Assembly (NCBI RefSeq): GCF_030013595.1
Contig: NZ_CP122768.1
From: Escherichia coli
Lineage (GTDB): Bacteria; Pseudomonadota; Gammaproteobacteria; Enterobacterales; Enterobacteriaceae
Direction: 5' to 3' (one strand)
Length of the DNA: 64,000 nt
Below are positions 22,106 to 31,603 of the stretch, one piece after another (position 1 is the stretch's first letter; each line of letters opens with the position of its first letter). A program made the translations under genes and the position numbers. The notes under the pieces are model-generated. The model made no database searches, was not told where the DNA came from, and saw only the letters and a list, made by a program, of their open reading frames with translations.

Positions 22106-23182
22106 ATGAGTCGTTTGCTGATTAACGAAAACCCCCTTCAGGTCCTGCCCACGTTGGCATGCACTATAGGGTTGAATGAAGCCATCGTTCTACAGCAAAT
22201 CCACTACTGGCTGAATTCATCTCAAAATTTCTTCGAAAATCGCCACTGGGTGTACAACAGTGTGACCGATTGGCAAGAACAATTCCCGTTCTGGAGCGAG
22301 TCGACAATAAAACGCGTGCTGGCCAATCTGGAAAAATTGAATGTGGTATTTACTGGGAACTTTAACAGTGATGCCTGGGATAAAACCAAGTGGTATTCAA
22401 TCAATTATGCCCAGTTATGTAAGATTGAAGAGACAACATTCCCTGTGGCCAATCGATTAGGTCAAGTTGACCCAATCGAAGAGGTCAATGTGACCCAAGC
22501 ATCAGGTCAAGTTGACCCATGCGCTAAGGTCAAAATGACCCAATCTCTTACAGAGAATACAACAGAGAGTACTACAGAGAGTACTACAGAGATAAAAGAT
22601 CCCCCTTACCCCCAAAAGGGGGAGGGCGAGGAAATCATTCTCGCTGACGCTCAAAAAGCTCTGAACTACTACAACGAGAAAGTCGGTACACGCTGCCGCG
22701 ACGTTAAACCGTTTGTCATGCTGCTGACTGCCACCACCACCCGCGCTGGTTACAGCGTGGCTGAGATTCAGTTAGTAATTCGTTGGGTTATTGCGACATG
22801 GCGCCGTCGTAGCGGAAGCGTGCCGAAACCTGCGAACATTTGCCGCGTAAACCGGTTTGACGGATATCTGGCTGACGCTGAGGCGTGGGCCACTGCTGAG
22901 GCTGCCGTTGACCCTGCTGAAGTTGTGAAGGGCTACAACGAGATTCTGGGCGACCTGCTACCTATAGCTGAAATTGATACTGACCGCCGTCGGGCAATCC
23001 TGCGCCTGCTGGCACATATGCGCACGCAAACTCTTGGCGCATTTATCGGCTACTTCGAAAAATTCCGCGATAACGCCCCAGACTTCTATTTCGGCGGCGA
23101 ATATCGCACCGGCTGGCGGGCAGGGTTTGATTACCTGATGAAGCCAGAAACACTGCGTAAAACCAGGGAAGGGGCATTATGA
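22106..23182 (+). CDS. Replication initiator (lambda O-like, ori iterons inside the gene)
   Basis: GGAG RBS before MSRLLINENPL...; four GGTCAA-NN-TGACCCA iterons and a TESTTESTTE-encoding repeat in mid-gene; followed by helicase. Confidence 0.6.
   Translation: MSRLLINENPLQVLPTLACTIGLNEAIVLQQIHYWLNSSQNFFENRHWVYNSVTDWQEQFPFWSESTIKRVLANLEKLNVVFTGNFNSDAWDKTKWYSINYAQLCKIEETTFPVANRLGQVDPIEEVNVTQASGQVDPCAKVKMTQSLTENTTESTTESTTEIKDPPYPQKGEGEEIILADAQKALNYYNEKVGTRCRDVKPFVMLLTATTTRAGYSVAEIQLVIRWVIATWRRRSGSVPKPANICRVNRFDGYLADAEAWATAEAAVDPAEVVKGYNEILGDLLPIAEIDTDRRRAILRLLAHMRTQTLGAFIGYFEKFRDNAPDFYFGGEYRTGWRAGFDYLMKPETLRKTREGAL
22460..22543. repeat. Origin iterons: 4 copies of GGTCAA(NN)TGACCCA at ~23-bp spacing
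   Basis: ggtcaagttgaccca / ggtcaatgtgaccca / ggtcaagttgaccca / ggtcaaaatgaccca, followed by (actacagagagt)n. Confidence 0.6.
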
Positions 23183-24570
23183 ATCCAGAAGAACTGGAAG
23201 CGATCGTTCTCGCTGGTCTGATTAACGGTGGCGCGACGCCTGACGCGTTTGATGTGATTGCCACTACTCCGGAGGAAGCCTTCAGCATCGTGTTTCACCG
23301 TCGCGCTTTCAGCGAAATCAAAAAGCAGGCACTGGCGAACGGCATGATCGACATGTTGTTTATCAGCGAAGCGCTGGGCGGTTCCAGCCTTGCGGATCTG
23401 TCTCAAATATCCCGGATCCCGGCAACGGTACCGAATCTGAAAGGCTATGCCGGGAAAATGGTGCGGGCATGGCGGAGCCGCAAAATGGCGGCATTGTTGC
23501 AATCTGGCGCGGATGGTATCCGTAACGCTGTAAACCAGAGTCAGCGTGATGAGGTTATTGAATCTCATGTTGCTCAGGTGCTGGATATGAGCGCCGCTAC
23601 CGGCACAGTCCAGCCGGTACACATCAAAGAGCTGTTACCGCTCTACATTGACACCGTTGATAAACGGATGTCTGGCGACGCGCAGGAAATGATGCTGAAA
23701 ACCGGAGTCGAGGATCTGGATGTCGCCCTGGGCGGTATCAACATGACCGACCTTGTTGTGGTTGCCGGTCGTCCAGGCATGGGGAAAACGGAATTTACCC
23801 TGAAGATTATCGATGGCGTTACCGCAGATGGCGGCGGCGCACTGTTTTTCAGCATGGAAATGGGCGCTCAGCAGATTGTTGAACGTACCGTTGCCGGGGC
23901 TGGGAATATGTCCACGTCGCGTCTGCGTAATCCAAAAGAAATGGACGATGAGGATTTGACCAGATTAACCGCCGCGCTTGCAATCATGCAGGATCGCGAT
24001 ATCTGGATTGTTGATGCCACTGATTTGACGATTGAGCAGATCCGCGCCATTGCAGAGACTCATAAACGCCGTTATCCGCACCTGAAGTTGATTGGTGTTG
24101 ATTACATGGGCCTGATCAAAAAACCGAAGGCCGAGCGCCACGATCTCGCTGTCGGGCATATCTCCCGCAACATGAAGACTATGGCCATGCGTCTGCATAC
24201 CCCTGTTTTTGCTCTTAGCCAGCTTTCCCGCCAGGTGGATTCTCGACCTGCTGGCCAGCGTCGCCCGGTGATGTCGGACCTGCGCGATTCCGGCAGTGTT
24301 GAGCAGGACGCTGACAGCATTTTGTTTTTGTACCGCGATGAAGTTTACACACCTGATTCACCTGCAAAGGGTATCGCCGAGGTGATTATCGGTAAAAACC
24401 GTTCTGGCGGGGCAGGTGAAATTATTTATCAGGAATTCCGGAATGGGCATTTCCTGCCAATTGATCAACACGTAGCACGCGAAAAATTACGCATCCAGAA
24501 GGAGGCAGAGCAACCGAGAAAACGTGAAAAACGGTATTCAAACAAAAACTTTAATACGGACCCATTTTAA
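23179..24570 (+). CDS. Replicative DNA helicase (DnaB family)
   Basis: 463 aa; Walker A GRPGMGKTEF, DnaB-like C-terminal motifs (SQLSRQVDSR, DLRDSGSVEQDADSILFLYRDEVY). Confidence 0.8.
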   Translation: MNPEELEAIVLAGLINGGATPDAFDVIATTPEEAFSIVFHRRAFSEIKKQALANGMIDMLFISEALGGSSLADLSQISRIPATVPNLKGYAGKMVRAWRSRKMAALLQSGADGIRNAVNQSQRDEVIESHVAQVLDMSAATGTVQPVHIKELLPLYIDTVDKRMSGDAQEMMLKTGVEDLDVALGGINMTDLVVVAGRPGMGKTEFTLKIIDGVTADGGGALFFSMEMGAQQIVERTVAGAGNMSTSRLRNPKEMDDEDLTRLTAALAIMQDRDIWIVDATDLTIEQIRAIAETHKRRYPHLKLIGVDYMGLIKKPKAERHDLAVGHISRNMKTMAMRLHTPVFALSQLSRQVDSRPAGQRRPVMSDLRDSGSVEQDADSILFLYRDEVYTPDSPAKGIAEVIIGKNRSGGAGEIIYQEFRNGHFLPIDQHVAREKLRIQKEAEQPRKREKRYSNKNFNTDPF

Positions 24571-24608
24571 CCACGCATGACCAGCGTGAAATAACCGAGG
24601 AAAGACCA

Positions 24609-25019
24609 ATGACCACCATTTCAGGCAAATTAGAGTACCCGTCGGACAAAGGACACATAGACGACGGTAAAAACTATCTCGACGTCATTTTGTGGAATAT
24701 GAACGCCGGGCCACGTGCGCGCACTCGTGCGGTTTTTGTACCAAGACCCAAAGCAGGCAATTTTTCAACACCAGCTCAGCCTGCCCGTCAGGCATCCGTA
24801 GCCGCAGCGCCAGCAGTGAAATGTAAGGGTAAAACGCACATCGGGATCGCGATTCGCAGAAATGGTGAGCGGCAAGTGAAACTCCACGAAACAGCGACAA
24901 CCTGGTGTGCTTCACCGCATGAAACTTACGACAAGATAACCGGGCAGCGCATTGGTGCGCCTGGTCGCTGTCGCCTGCTGTTGAGCTCCATCACTCCGAT
25001 AGAAAAGAAAGGGGCGTGA
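24609..25019 (+). CDS. Hypothetical nin-region protein
   Basis: 136-aa ORF preceded by ACCGAGGAAAGACCA leader motif. Confidence 0.4.
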   Translation: MTTISGKLEYPSDKGHIDDGKNYLDVILWNMNAGPRARTRAVFVPRPKAGNFSTPAQPARQASVAAAPAVKCKGKTHIGIAIRRNGERQVKLHETATTWCASPHETYDKITGQRIGAPGRCRLLLSSITPIEKKGA

Positions 25020-25020
25020 T

Positions 25021-25257
25021 ATGACCGGGCAATCAGATTACCTGCCGCCCGGCTTACCACACAACCGCGCCAAATGGCCCCAGGAATACCAGCTTAAAGA
25101 GCACTACGACATGCGAGCGGCGGCGCTGATCCGCCAACTCTTTGAGAAACGTATTCCGAGGGGAAGCGTGATTGAGCAAATCGGAATGACGCCGGATACA
25201 TACCGGGAATTTTTCAGAGAGCGTCTGAACTACTGGAGAGGGGTGATGGAACAATGA
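25021..25257 (+). CDS. Hypothetical nin-region protein
   Basis: 78-aa ORF, tightly packed with neighbours. Confidence 0.35.
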   Translation: MTGQSDYLPPGLPHNRAKWPQEYQLKEHYDMRAAALIRQLFEKRIPRGSVIEQIGMTPDTYREFFRERLNYWRGVMEQ

Positions 25258-25565
25258 AATACAAACGGTGGGTGCGTGCGGAAGTCGTAATCATCAAACA
25301 ATGTGCAGGCAGCATGACAGTTGAACGTATAGGGCAGCTTATTGGCAGAACCGGTGCAGCGGTACGCACAAAAGCGCGCGAGCTGAAAATCTGTATGTAT
25401 CTGCGGGGTAATTATCATCAGTCAGCGAAATACTGCCAGGAGGATATCGAGCTGGCAAGGGAATTACATCAGTCGGGTATTAATCGCCAGGATATCGCGG
25501 AAAAACTCGAAATGCCGATCGGAGCGGTGAATCAGTTTGTTTATTTTGAGCGGAGGATTTCATGA
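25254..25565 (+). CDS. Putative HTH DNA-binding protein
   Basis: 103 aa with two HTH-like segments (MTVERIGQLIGRTGAAVRTKAREL; INRQDIAEKLEMPIGAVNQF). Confidence 0.35.
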   Translation: MKYKRWVRAEVVIIKQCAGSMTVERIGQLIGRTGAAVRTKARELKICMYLRGNYHQSAKYCQEDIELARELHQSGINRQDIAEKLEMPIGAVNQFVYFERRIS

Positions 25566-25786
25566 AAGAACTTTTTCTGGCATTTGTGCCCCGGTTTATT
25601 AATGACCAGATCGCACTGACTAATAATGGTGAACAATATGAAATTGCCTGCAGCATGGTGGATGTGAATCCTGGCGAACGGTATGACGCGATGTGTGACC
25701 TGAAAATATTTACCTGGCTGGGTTGGGCTATTCCGTGTGGAGAACCAACCAATATTCGCCCATTTGAGAGCAGGGAGGCTGTATGA
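25562..25786 (+). CDS. Hypothetical protein
   Basis: 74-aa ORF overlapping neighbours by 4 nt. Confidence 0.3.
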   Translation: MKELFLAFVPRFINDQIALTNNGEQYEIACSMVDVNPGERYDAMCDLKIFTWLGWAIPCGEPTNIRPFESREAV

Positions 25787-25949
25787 GTGAATTGAAAATA
25801 CGAATGAACCCAAGTCGCAAGGCGATCAAATTTGCGCAGTGTGTCTTGCAGATGGCTGAAGGTGAATGTTATATAAAAGAGTGTCATGGATAACAAGGCA
25901 CTCACTATCAATGATTATCTGTTAAAAAAGCAATCGACAAGGAGTTGAA

Positions 25950-26207
25950 ATGCAGACTCAATTAAAGGTTAAAGGCGGTTATAGTCATTTTTTCTTCGCC
26001 AATATTGAAGTCTCACAAAGAGAGTCAAATGGCGGTTTGGTTGTCGTTAGGGATGTTAATATACCTATTACAACAACAACTCTCTCTCTGTTAGAGAATT
26101 ACGCTGTAGGGCAGGTGTTGACGTTAGAACAAAAGAATGGCGATTTTTTTGATGTGTATTACGTTGGAACTGATGGGAATAACTTTCAGTTTTCAACGCA
26201 CTGCTAA
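25950..26207 (+). CDS. Hypothetical AT-rich small protein (3' end lies in repeat copy A)
   Basis: 85-aa ORF with AAGGAG RBS; its last ~90 nt reappear degenerate at 31186.. Confidence 0.4.
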   Translation: MQTQLKVKGGYSHFFFANIEVSQRESNGGLVVVRDVNIPITTTTLSLLENYAVGQVLTLEQKNGDFFDVYYVGTDGNNFQFSTHC

Positions 26208-26350
26208 TTTATCAAGGCCCTGTGAGCAGGGCCTTCGAAAGCCTACTAAAGTCTGTTTCATAGAGAGAGTTATTTGCGATTAAAAAGGTATTTGGTCACG
26301 ACCAGCACGATAGAGAATACATCTTTCAAAGTACCGCCCATATAAAACAG
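26118..26350. repeat. Imperfect direct repeat, copy A (~230 bp)
   Basis: Roughly 80-85% identical by eye to 31186..31413 (ttgacgttagaacaaaa ... aaaaggtatttggtcacgacca). Confidence 0.7.
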
Positions 26351-26649
26351 TTACATATGCACTTGATGACTAAGCTGGCACCAGGTTAACACCATGCGCC
26401 AGCTTGAAGGAGACTTCAGTTATTGGTTTCTGAGGAAAGCGATTCTTGAAAGGGTCATTTGCGTCTGGCAGTCGACCATTTTCTTGACTTCAGCATCTGT
26501 TCCTTTCTTGACTTCAGCATCTGTTCCCTGCATTGAAACTTTACCGCACATAGCATCCTTAGTTTTGATCCACTGGCGCTGAGAAGGCAGCAACTTGAAC
26601 CGCCCCGGAAATCCTGGAGACTAAACTCCCTGAGAAAGAGGTAAACAGG

Positions 26650-26976
26650 ATGACTAAAAATACTCGTTTTTCCCCCGAAGTCCGTCAGCGGGCGATTCGT
26701 ATGGTTCTGGAAAGTCAGGATGAATATGACTCACAGTGGGCGGCAATTTGTTCCATTGCCCCAAAGATTGGCTGTACGCCGGAGACTCTGCGTGTCTGGG
26801 TTCGCCAGCATGAGCGGGATACCGGGGGCGGTGATGGTGGGCTCACCAGCGCTGAACGTCAGCGTCTGAAAGAGCTGGAACGTGAAAATCGTGAACTGCG
26901 CCGCAGTAACGATATCCTTCGCCAGGCTTCCGCTTATTTTGCGAAGGCGGAGTTCGACCGCCTCTGGAAAAAATGA
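26650..26976 (+). CDS. IS3-family transposase OrfA (HTH)
   Basis: [41 protein letters not shown]...; ends in AAAAAATGA frameshift window (A-run 26968-26973). Confidence 0.85.
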   Translation: MTKNTRFSPEVRQRAIRMVLESQDEYDSQWAAICSIAPKIGCTPETLRVWVRQHERDTGGGDGGLTSAERQRLKELERENRELRRSNDILRQASAYFAKAEFDRLWKK

Positions 26977-27863
26977 TGCCACTGCTGGATAAGCTGCGTG
27001 AGCAGTACGGGGTCGGACCGGTATGTAGCGAACTGCATATTGCCCCGTCAACGTATTACCATTGTCAGCAACAGCGACATCATCCGGATAAACGCAGTGC
27101 CCGTGCGCAGCACGATGACTGGCTGAAGAAAGAGATACAGCGCGTATACGATGAAAATCACCAGGTATACGGTGTGCGTAAAGTCTGGCGTCAGTTGTTA
27201 CGGGAAGGTATCAGAGTGGCCAGATGCACTGTGGCACGTCTCATGGCAGTTATGGGACTTGCCGGTGTTCTCCGGGGTAAAAAGGTCCGCACTACCGTCA
27301 GCCGGAAAGCCGTTGCCGCAGGCGACCGCGTAAACCGTCAGTTCGTGGCAGAACGACCTGACCAGCTGTGGGTGGCTGATTTTACTTACGTCAGCACATG
27401 GCAGGGCTTCGTCTATGTGGCGTTTATCATTGATGTGTTTGCCGGATACATCGTGGGGTGGCGGGTCTCATCGTCTATGGAAACGACATTCGTGCTGGAT
27501 GCGCTGGAGCAGGCGTTGTGGGCCCGTCGTCCGTCTGGCACCATCCATCACAGCGATAAAGGCTCTCAGTATGTGTCACTGGCCTATACGGAGCGACTAA
27601 AAGAAGCCGGATTACTGGCATCAACAGGGAGTACAGGCGACTCGTATGACAACGCGATGGCTGAGAGCATCAATGGTCTTTACAAAGCGGAGGTAATACA
27701 CCGTAAGAGCTGGAAAAAACGTGCAGAAGTGGAACTGGCCACACTAACGTGGGTGGACTGGTATAACAATCGACGATTGCTGGGAAGGCTGGGCCATACT
27801 CCTCCGGCAGAAGCAGAAAAAGCTTATTATGCTTCCATCGGAAACGATGATCTGGCAGCCTGA
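26973..27863 (+). CDS. IS3-family transposase OrfB (DDE catalytic domain), -1 frame relative to OrfA
   Basis: 296 aa with DDE integrase-core-like region (...[31 protein letters not shown]...[10 protein letters not shown]...[15 protein letters not shown]). Confidence 0.85.
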   Translation: MMPLLDKLREQYGVGPVCSELHIAPSTYYHCQQQRHHPDKRSARAQHDDWLKKEIQRVYDENHQVYGVRKVWRQLLREGIRVARCTVARLMAVMGLAGVLRGKKVRTTVSRKAVAAGDRVNRQFVAERPDQLWVADFTYVSTWQGFVYVAFIIDVFAGYIVGWRVSSSMETTFVLDALEQALWARRPSGTIHHSDKGSQYVSLAYTERLKEAGLLASTGSTGDSYDNAMAESINGLYKAEVIHRKSWKKRAEVELATLTWVDWYNNRRLLGRLGHTPPAEAEKAYYASIGNDDLAA

Positions 27864-29436
27864 GTTCACAGATAAAACACTCTCCAGGAAACCCGGGGCG
27901 GTTCAACTCTTTTTTCTTCGCCGGGGTTAACTTGCTCCAGACGGTATTCAAATCAGAGTCAGCATTTGCAAATGCCATTCGGGACTGATCAAGGCTTTCA
28001 GATTTTTGCGGCTGAAGTTGTGCCTGCCTCTCTTTTTGCTTCTCCGCCTCATACCTGGCCTGTTCCTGTGCCCTGAGTTGCACCTGTTGTTCCGCTTCAA
28101 TTTGACTCTGTTGGGCATCCTTAGCCTGCTGGATTTTCTGCTGCTCAACGATCGGGTTGATAATGGAAAGCGATGTCAGTAAAGCGGCGCCCACTGATAT
28201 CGGATTATCAGAAGAGGTTTTTACAAAAACGTTTTTCTGATCGTCGGTCGCCTGCACGGTGTAGGTGATACGCCTTGAAAAGGCGTTTGCGTTGTTCTCC
28301 AAAAACAGATTTTCCATTTGCTTATCGAGATTACGATTAAAATTCTTTCTGTAAGCATCTGAAAGCTGGACGTACTCGTTCGCAGGTAGAGTCATCGTCA
28401 CGGTCCCTTCACAAGTTTTCATTGTGCTGCCCGTGTCACTTGATGTTGTGGAGATTTCAGAGACGGCTAGTTTGATCTTGTCCAGTGTGCTTCGTTTGGT
28501 CTGATTAGTGACATCAGGGTATTTATCGACCTGTTCAGAGAGTCCTTCATAAGCAGATTTTTTTAATAAATCCATGAGAGCTGATTGGGTCATTTCCGAA
28601 GAACAACCGATCTCATCTTTTTTGTTATCACAGCCTGTAAGGGCAATGGCGAGTAAGAGTACTGAGTATTTTAATCTCATGAATTCCCTTTAGAGTAAGG
28701 ATTGGTTTTTAAGACGCGGTCTGTAATCAGTTCCGAGAGCTACAGTAAACAACGCTGAGCACTGAACGCATCACAGGCAAGGTAAAAGGTGATATCGGCA
28801 AAGGCTGTGAAACCTTTAATTCAACAGATGGGAACGGTATGCACAGGATCCTGTAACGACGCTCCCAAAACTGGAAACCTGTAAGGCATGTTTTCGCTGC
28901 TGAACTTAATATACGAACCTGCACTATCATGAACATATTTTATATCGTTATACCCCGAGTGATTGTGCCCGGCAATGGATAGTGTCCTGGAGGAATTATT
29001 TCTAATGTAAAAGGAAGATATTTAATTTCGATGTGGGATTATTACCTGTCTATAAGAACAATGACTTTATCTGGCAGTAAGCAGACATCTATTAGCTTAC
29101 TGAAGGGGGGCTGTGATTTGACCATTAACGGCATGAGATATATTGTCTATTGGTGATTGTTCTGAGGCCGATATCACGTTAACGACCAAGTAAAATAACA
29201 TGAAAAATTATTTATTAATGATTGCCAGCATTAAATGTAGTGATACCTCATTAGCAGGGTGCTCCGCAATGACTGCGATGAACTAAAAAATCAGTCATAA
29301 CCATGAAAAAAACAAGTGTATCAGCGAAATTAAATCTGGTGAAAGCATTTAATTACTTGTTAATGACGCAATAAAAACATACTATGGAAATGTAACAGCT
29401 AATCTACAGTTCTTGTCAATAGGGGCGCACAAGAAA

Positions 29437-30027
29437 ATGTTAAATGAATTTAAGGAAAAGCTACTATCCGACGATATCCGCGATGTCTACCAACGATACC
29501 TTTTAGGACATGACATCTGGTATTTTCGGGAACAAAAAAAATCAATAACCTTTGCTAAAGATTATGATGAGTTTAAGCTATATATGTCTAAGAAGCTTGA
29601 AATTCATGTAAATAATATTGCAATTGTTGGAAGTGCTAAGATGGGATTCAGCTTGAGCCCTGATAAAAATTATCGAACATTTAACGATGAGTCAGATATA
29701 GACTTGGTTTTAGTATCCGACAGAATTTATAAATCTTCCTGGATGGCATTTATTGAATTACAATCAAAGAATTATTTGCCTGTATATGCTCCTGTAGCTA
29801 AAAATATTTTCAAAGGATTCGTGTCATTGAAGGAGTTAGATATTAGAGTCGATTTTTTTAATAAATGGTCCCGTAACGTTGAACCATTAAAAAAAGACAT
29901 TCAAACTATTTTTGGAATACCTAACGACATCAACTACAGAATTTATGACTCTTGGGAGTCCGTTGAACGCTATCACATAGCTGGGTTGAATAGTCTAAAA
30001 GATAAGTTACAAGGACAATTGATATGA
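29437..30027 (+). CDS. Nucleotidyltransferase-fold protein (Pol-beta superfamily signature), function unknown
   Basis: IAIVGSAKMGFSLSPDKNYRTFNDESDIDLVLVSD = hG[GS]...[DE]hDh motif; AT-rich; stop overlaps next start (ATGA); track ORF begins at TTG 29413. Confidence 0.5.
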   Translation: MLNEFKEKLLSDDIRDVYQRYLLGHDIWYFREQKKSITFAKDYDEFKLYMSKKLEIHVNNIAIVGSAKMGFSLSPDKNYRTFNDESDIDLVLVSDRIYKSSWMAFIELQSKNYLPVYAPVAKNIFKGFVSLKELDIRVDFFNKWSRNVEPLKKDIQTIFGIPNDINYRIYDSWESVERYHIAGLNSLKDKLQGQLI

Positions 30028-31082
30028 GAGCTATTGATCTAATTAAAGTTGAATCGAAAGACATTAAATGGTTGACGGATAATTTGAAATCAGGTGTTAT
30101 TACAGTTGATAATTCATATCAGAGAAAATATATCTGGCAGCAAAAAGACCAAGTGGCCTTAATTGAGACAATATTAATTGGCTACCCAATCCCTGAGATT
30201 TACCTTTGGGCAAATAATACTGATCCTGACACTGGAGATACTAAATATTCAATTGTAGATGGACAGCAAAGGCTAACCACAATCCAGCGATATTTAAATG
30301 ATGAGTTTAAGTTAAGCAAAGCAGCTATAGATGATAAAGAAGCCGACTATAGTGGGAAAATTTTTTCAGAATTGTCGGCAGATAACAAACGTGATTTTTG
30401 GCGATACCAATTCTCATCCAGATTTATTAATGAATCATTGAGATATGATGAGATTGCAAAGTTATTTTTACGTCTAAATAGAACAAATACTACGTTAAAT
30501 CCTCAAGAACTTCGTAATGCTGAATTTAATGGCGAGTTTTTAAGATTAGCCGAAGAAATTGCACAAAATGAATTTTGGGATAATTATAAGATATTTACTC
30601 AGTCAGATATCCGTCGGATGCAAGACATTCAATTCATCAGCACATTATTGATTTTCTTACGAATGGGTATTGAGCAGGATAATACACAAAAATCAATTAA
30701 TCGAGTGTATGATCAATACAATGAGAATTACCCTGAGGCGACTGAGGACAGAATTATCTTTAACGAAGTGTTAAGGATCATATCTCAAATTATCAACAAT
30801 AAACAAGTATTAGAATCAGTTGTAAAGAAAAAAGGCCATTTGTATTTTATATTTGTGCTGGCATACTATTATTTACAGCTTAGTAAATCTAAGCTTGTTG
30901 ATATGAATGTTATTAGTTCAAAGCTCGAGGATTTTTTTAATATTTATGAGTTAAATGAACAAGATAACCCCCATCCACTGGTTGAGGAATATAGATTCCT
31001 CAGCCAAGAGGGTTCAAAGAAGAGTCATAACAGACAGCGTAGATTTGATATTTTGAAAGAATTTTGCTCTTTACATGATTAA
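30024..31082 (+). CDS. DUF262 / ParB-like protein (GmrS-type N-domain only, no DUF1524/HNH half)
   Basis: YQRKYIW...IVDGQQRLTTI and ...LNRTNTTLNPQELRNAEF motifs typical of DUF262; 352 aa; AT-rich. Confidence 0.6.
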   Translation: MRAIDLIKVESKDIKWLTDNLKSGVITVDNSYQRKYIWQQKDQVALIETILIGYPIPEIYLWANNTDPDTGDTKYSIVDGQQRLTTIQRYLNDEFKLSKAAIDDKEADYSGKIFSELSADNKRDFWRYQFSSRFINESLRYDEIAKLFLRLNRTNTTLNPQELRNAEFNGEFLRLAEEIAQNEFWDNYKIFTQSDIRRMQDIQFISTLLIFLRMGIEQDNTQKSINRVYDQYNENYPEATEDRIIFNEVLRIISQIINNKQVLESVVKKKGHLYFIFVLAYYYLQLSKSKLVDMNVISSKLEDFFNIYELNEQDNPHPLVEEYRFLSQEGSKKSHNRQRRFDILKEFCSLHD

Positions 31083-31185
31083 ATGACGAAAGTGGGTTGT
31101 TTATAAGAATTGAATAAACAACCCATCATTTTAATGTACTCTGAATCCTCTCATTCTTAGTGAAATATTGTTTTTAGAACACGTA

Positions 31186-31413
31186 TTGACGTTAGAACAA
31201 AAAATAGATTTTTTTGTGATGTATTACGTTGGAGTTGATGGGATAATTATATGTTTTCAATACATTGTTAATTTATCAAGACCCTGCGACTAAGGTGTTC
31301 GAAAATCGACTAAAGTCTGTTTCATAGAGAGAGTTACTTGCGTTTAAAAAGGTATTTGGTCACGACCAACACGAGGCCGAATACCTCAGTTTAAGTACCG
31401 CTCATGTACAACA
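31186..31413. repeat. Imperfect direct repeat, copy B (~230 bp)
   Basis: Degenerate duplicate of 26118..26350, including a decayed copy of the 3' end of the 25950..26207 gene. Confidence 0.7.
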
Positions 31414-31603
31414 GTAACGTTTGCTGATAGTGTCGCATTATCTTGCAGAGGACGCAGGTTAAATAGAACAAGCATATGTACCTGGTTTTTGTAATATTGG
31501 GTATAACATATGCTTTATAGGAGCGCGCTCAATGACCAACCGAGAAAGAATCTCCTGACAGATACAGTTATTTTCACCCTCTCCATAACATAAGGGAGTT
31601 TTT

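Larger units (their letters stand above)
26596..27905 (+). mobile_element. IS3-family insertion sequence (IS629-like, 1310 bp)
   Basis: Terminal inverted repeats TGAACCGCCCCGG...; 3-bp target duplication ACT (26593-26595 and 27906-27908); orfA/orfB with A6 slippery site. Confidence 0.8.
26420..28680 (-). pseudogene. Lipoprotein gene disrupted by IS insertion (N-part 27906..28680, C-part 26420..26592)
   Basis: MRLKYSVLLLAIALTGC lipobox; Q-rich coiled-coil region; reading frame resumes exactly across the IS after removing one ACT copy, giving ~53 further codons. Confidence 0.55.

Noticed and set aside
22500-22620. Short tandem repeats in the O-like gene as a possible CRISPR array
   Set aside because: Repeats are 12-17 bp, only 2-4 copies, with no spacer structure and inside a coding region; they are origin iterons. 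No CRISPR array seen anywhere in the window.
28727-29436. Short ORFs (17-69 aa) in the AT-rich region between the lipoprotein gene and the NTase gene
   Set aside because: No RBS and AT-rich sequence generates spurious short frames; more likely promoter/regulatory DNA for the divergent genes.
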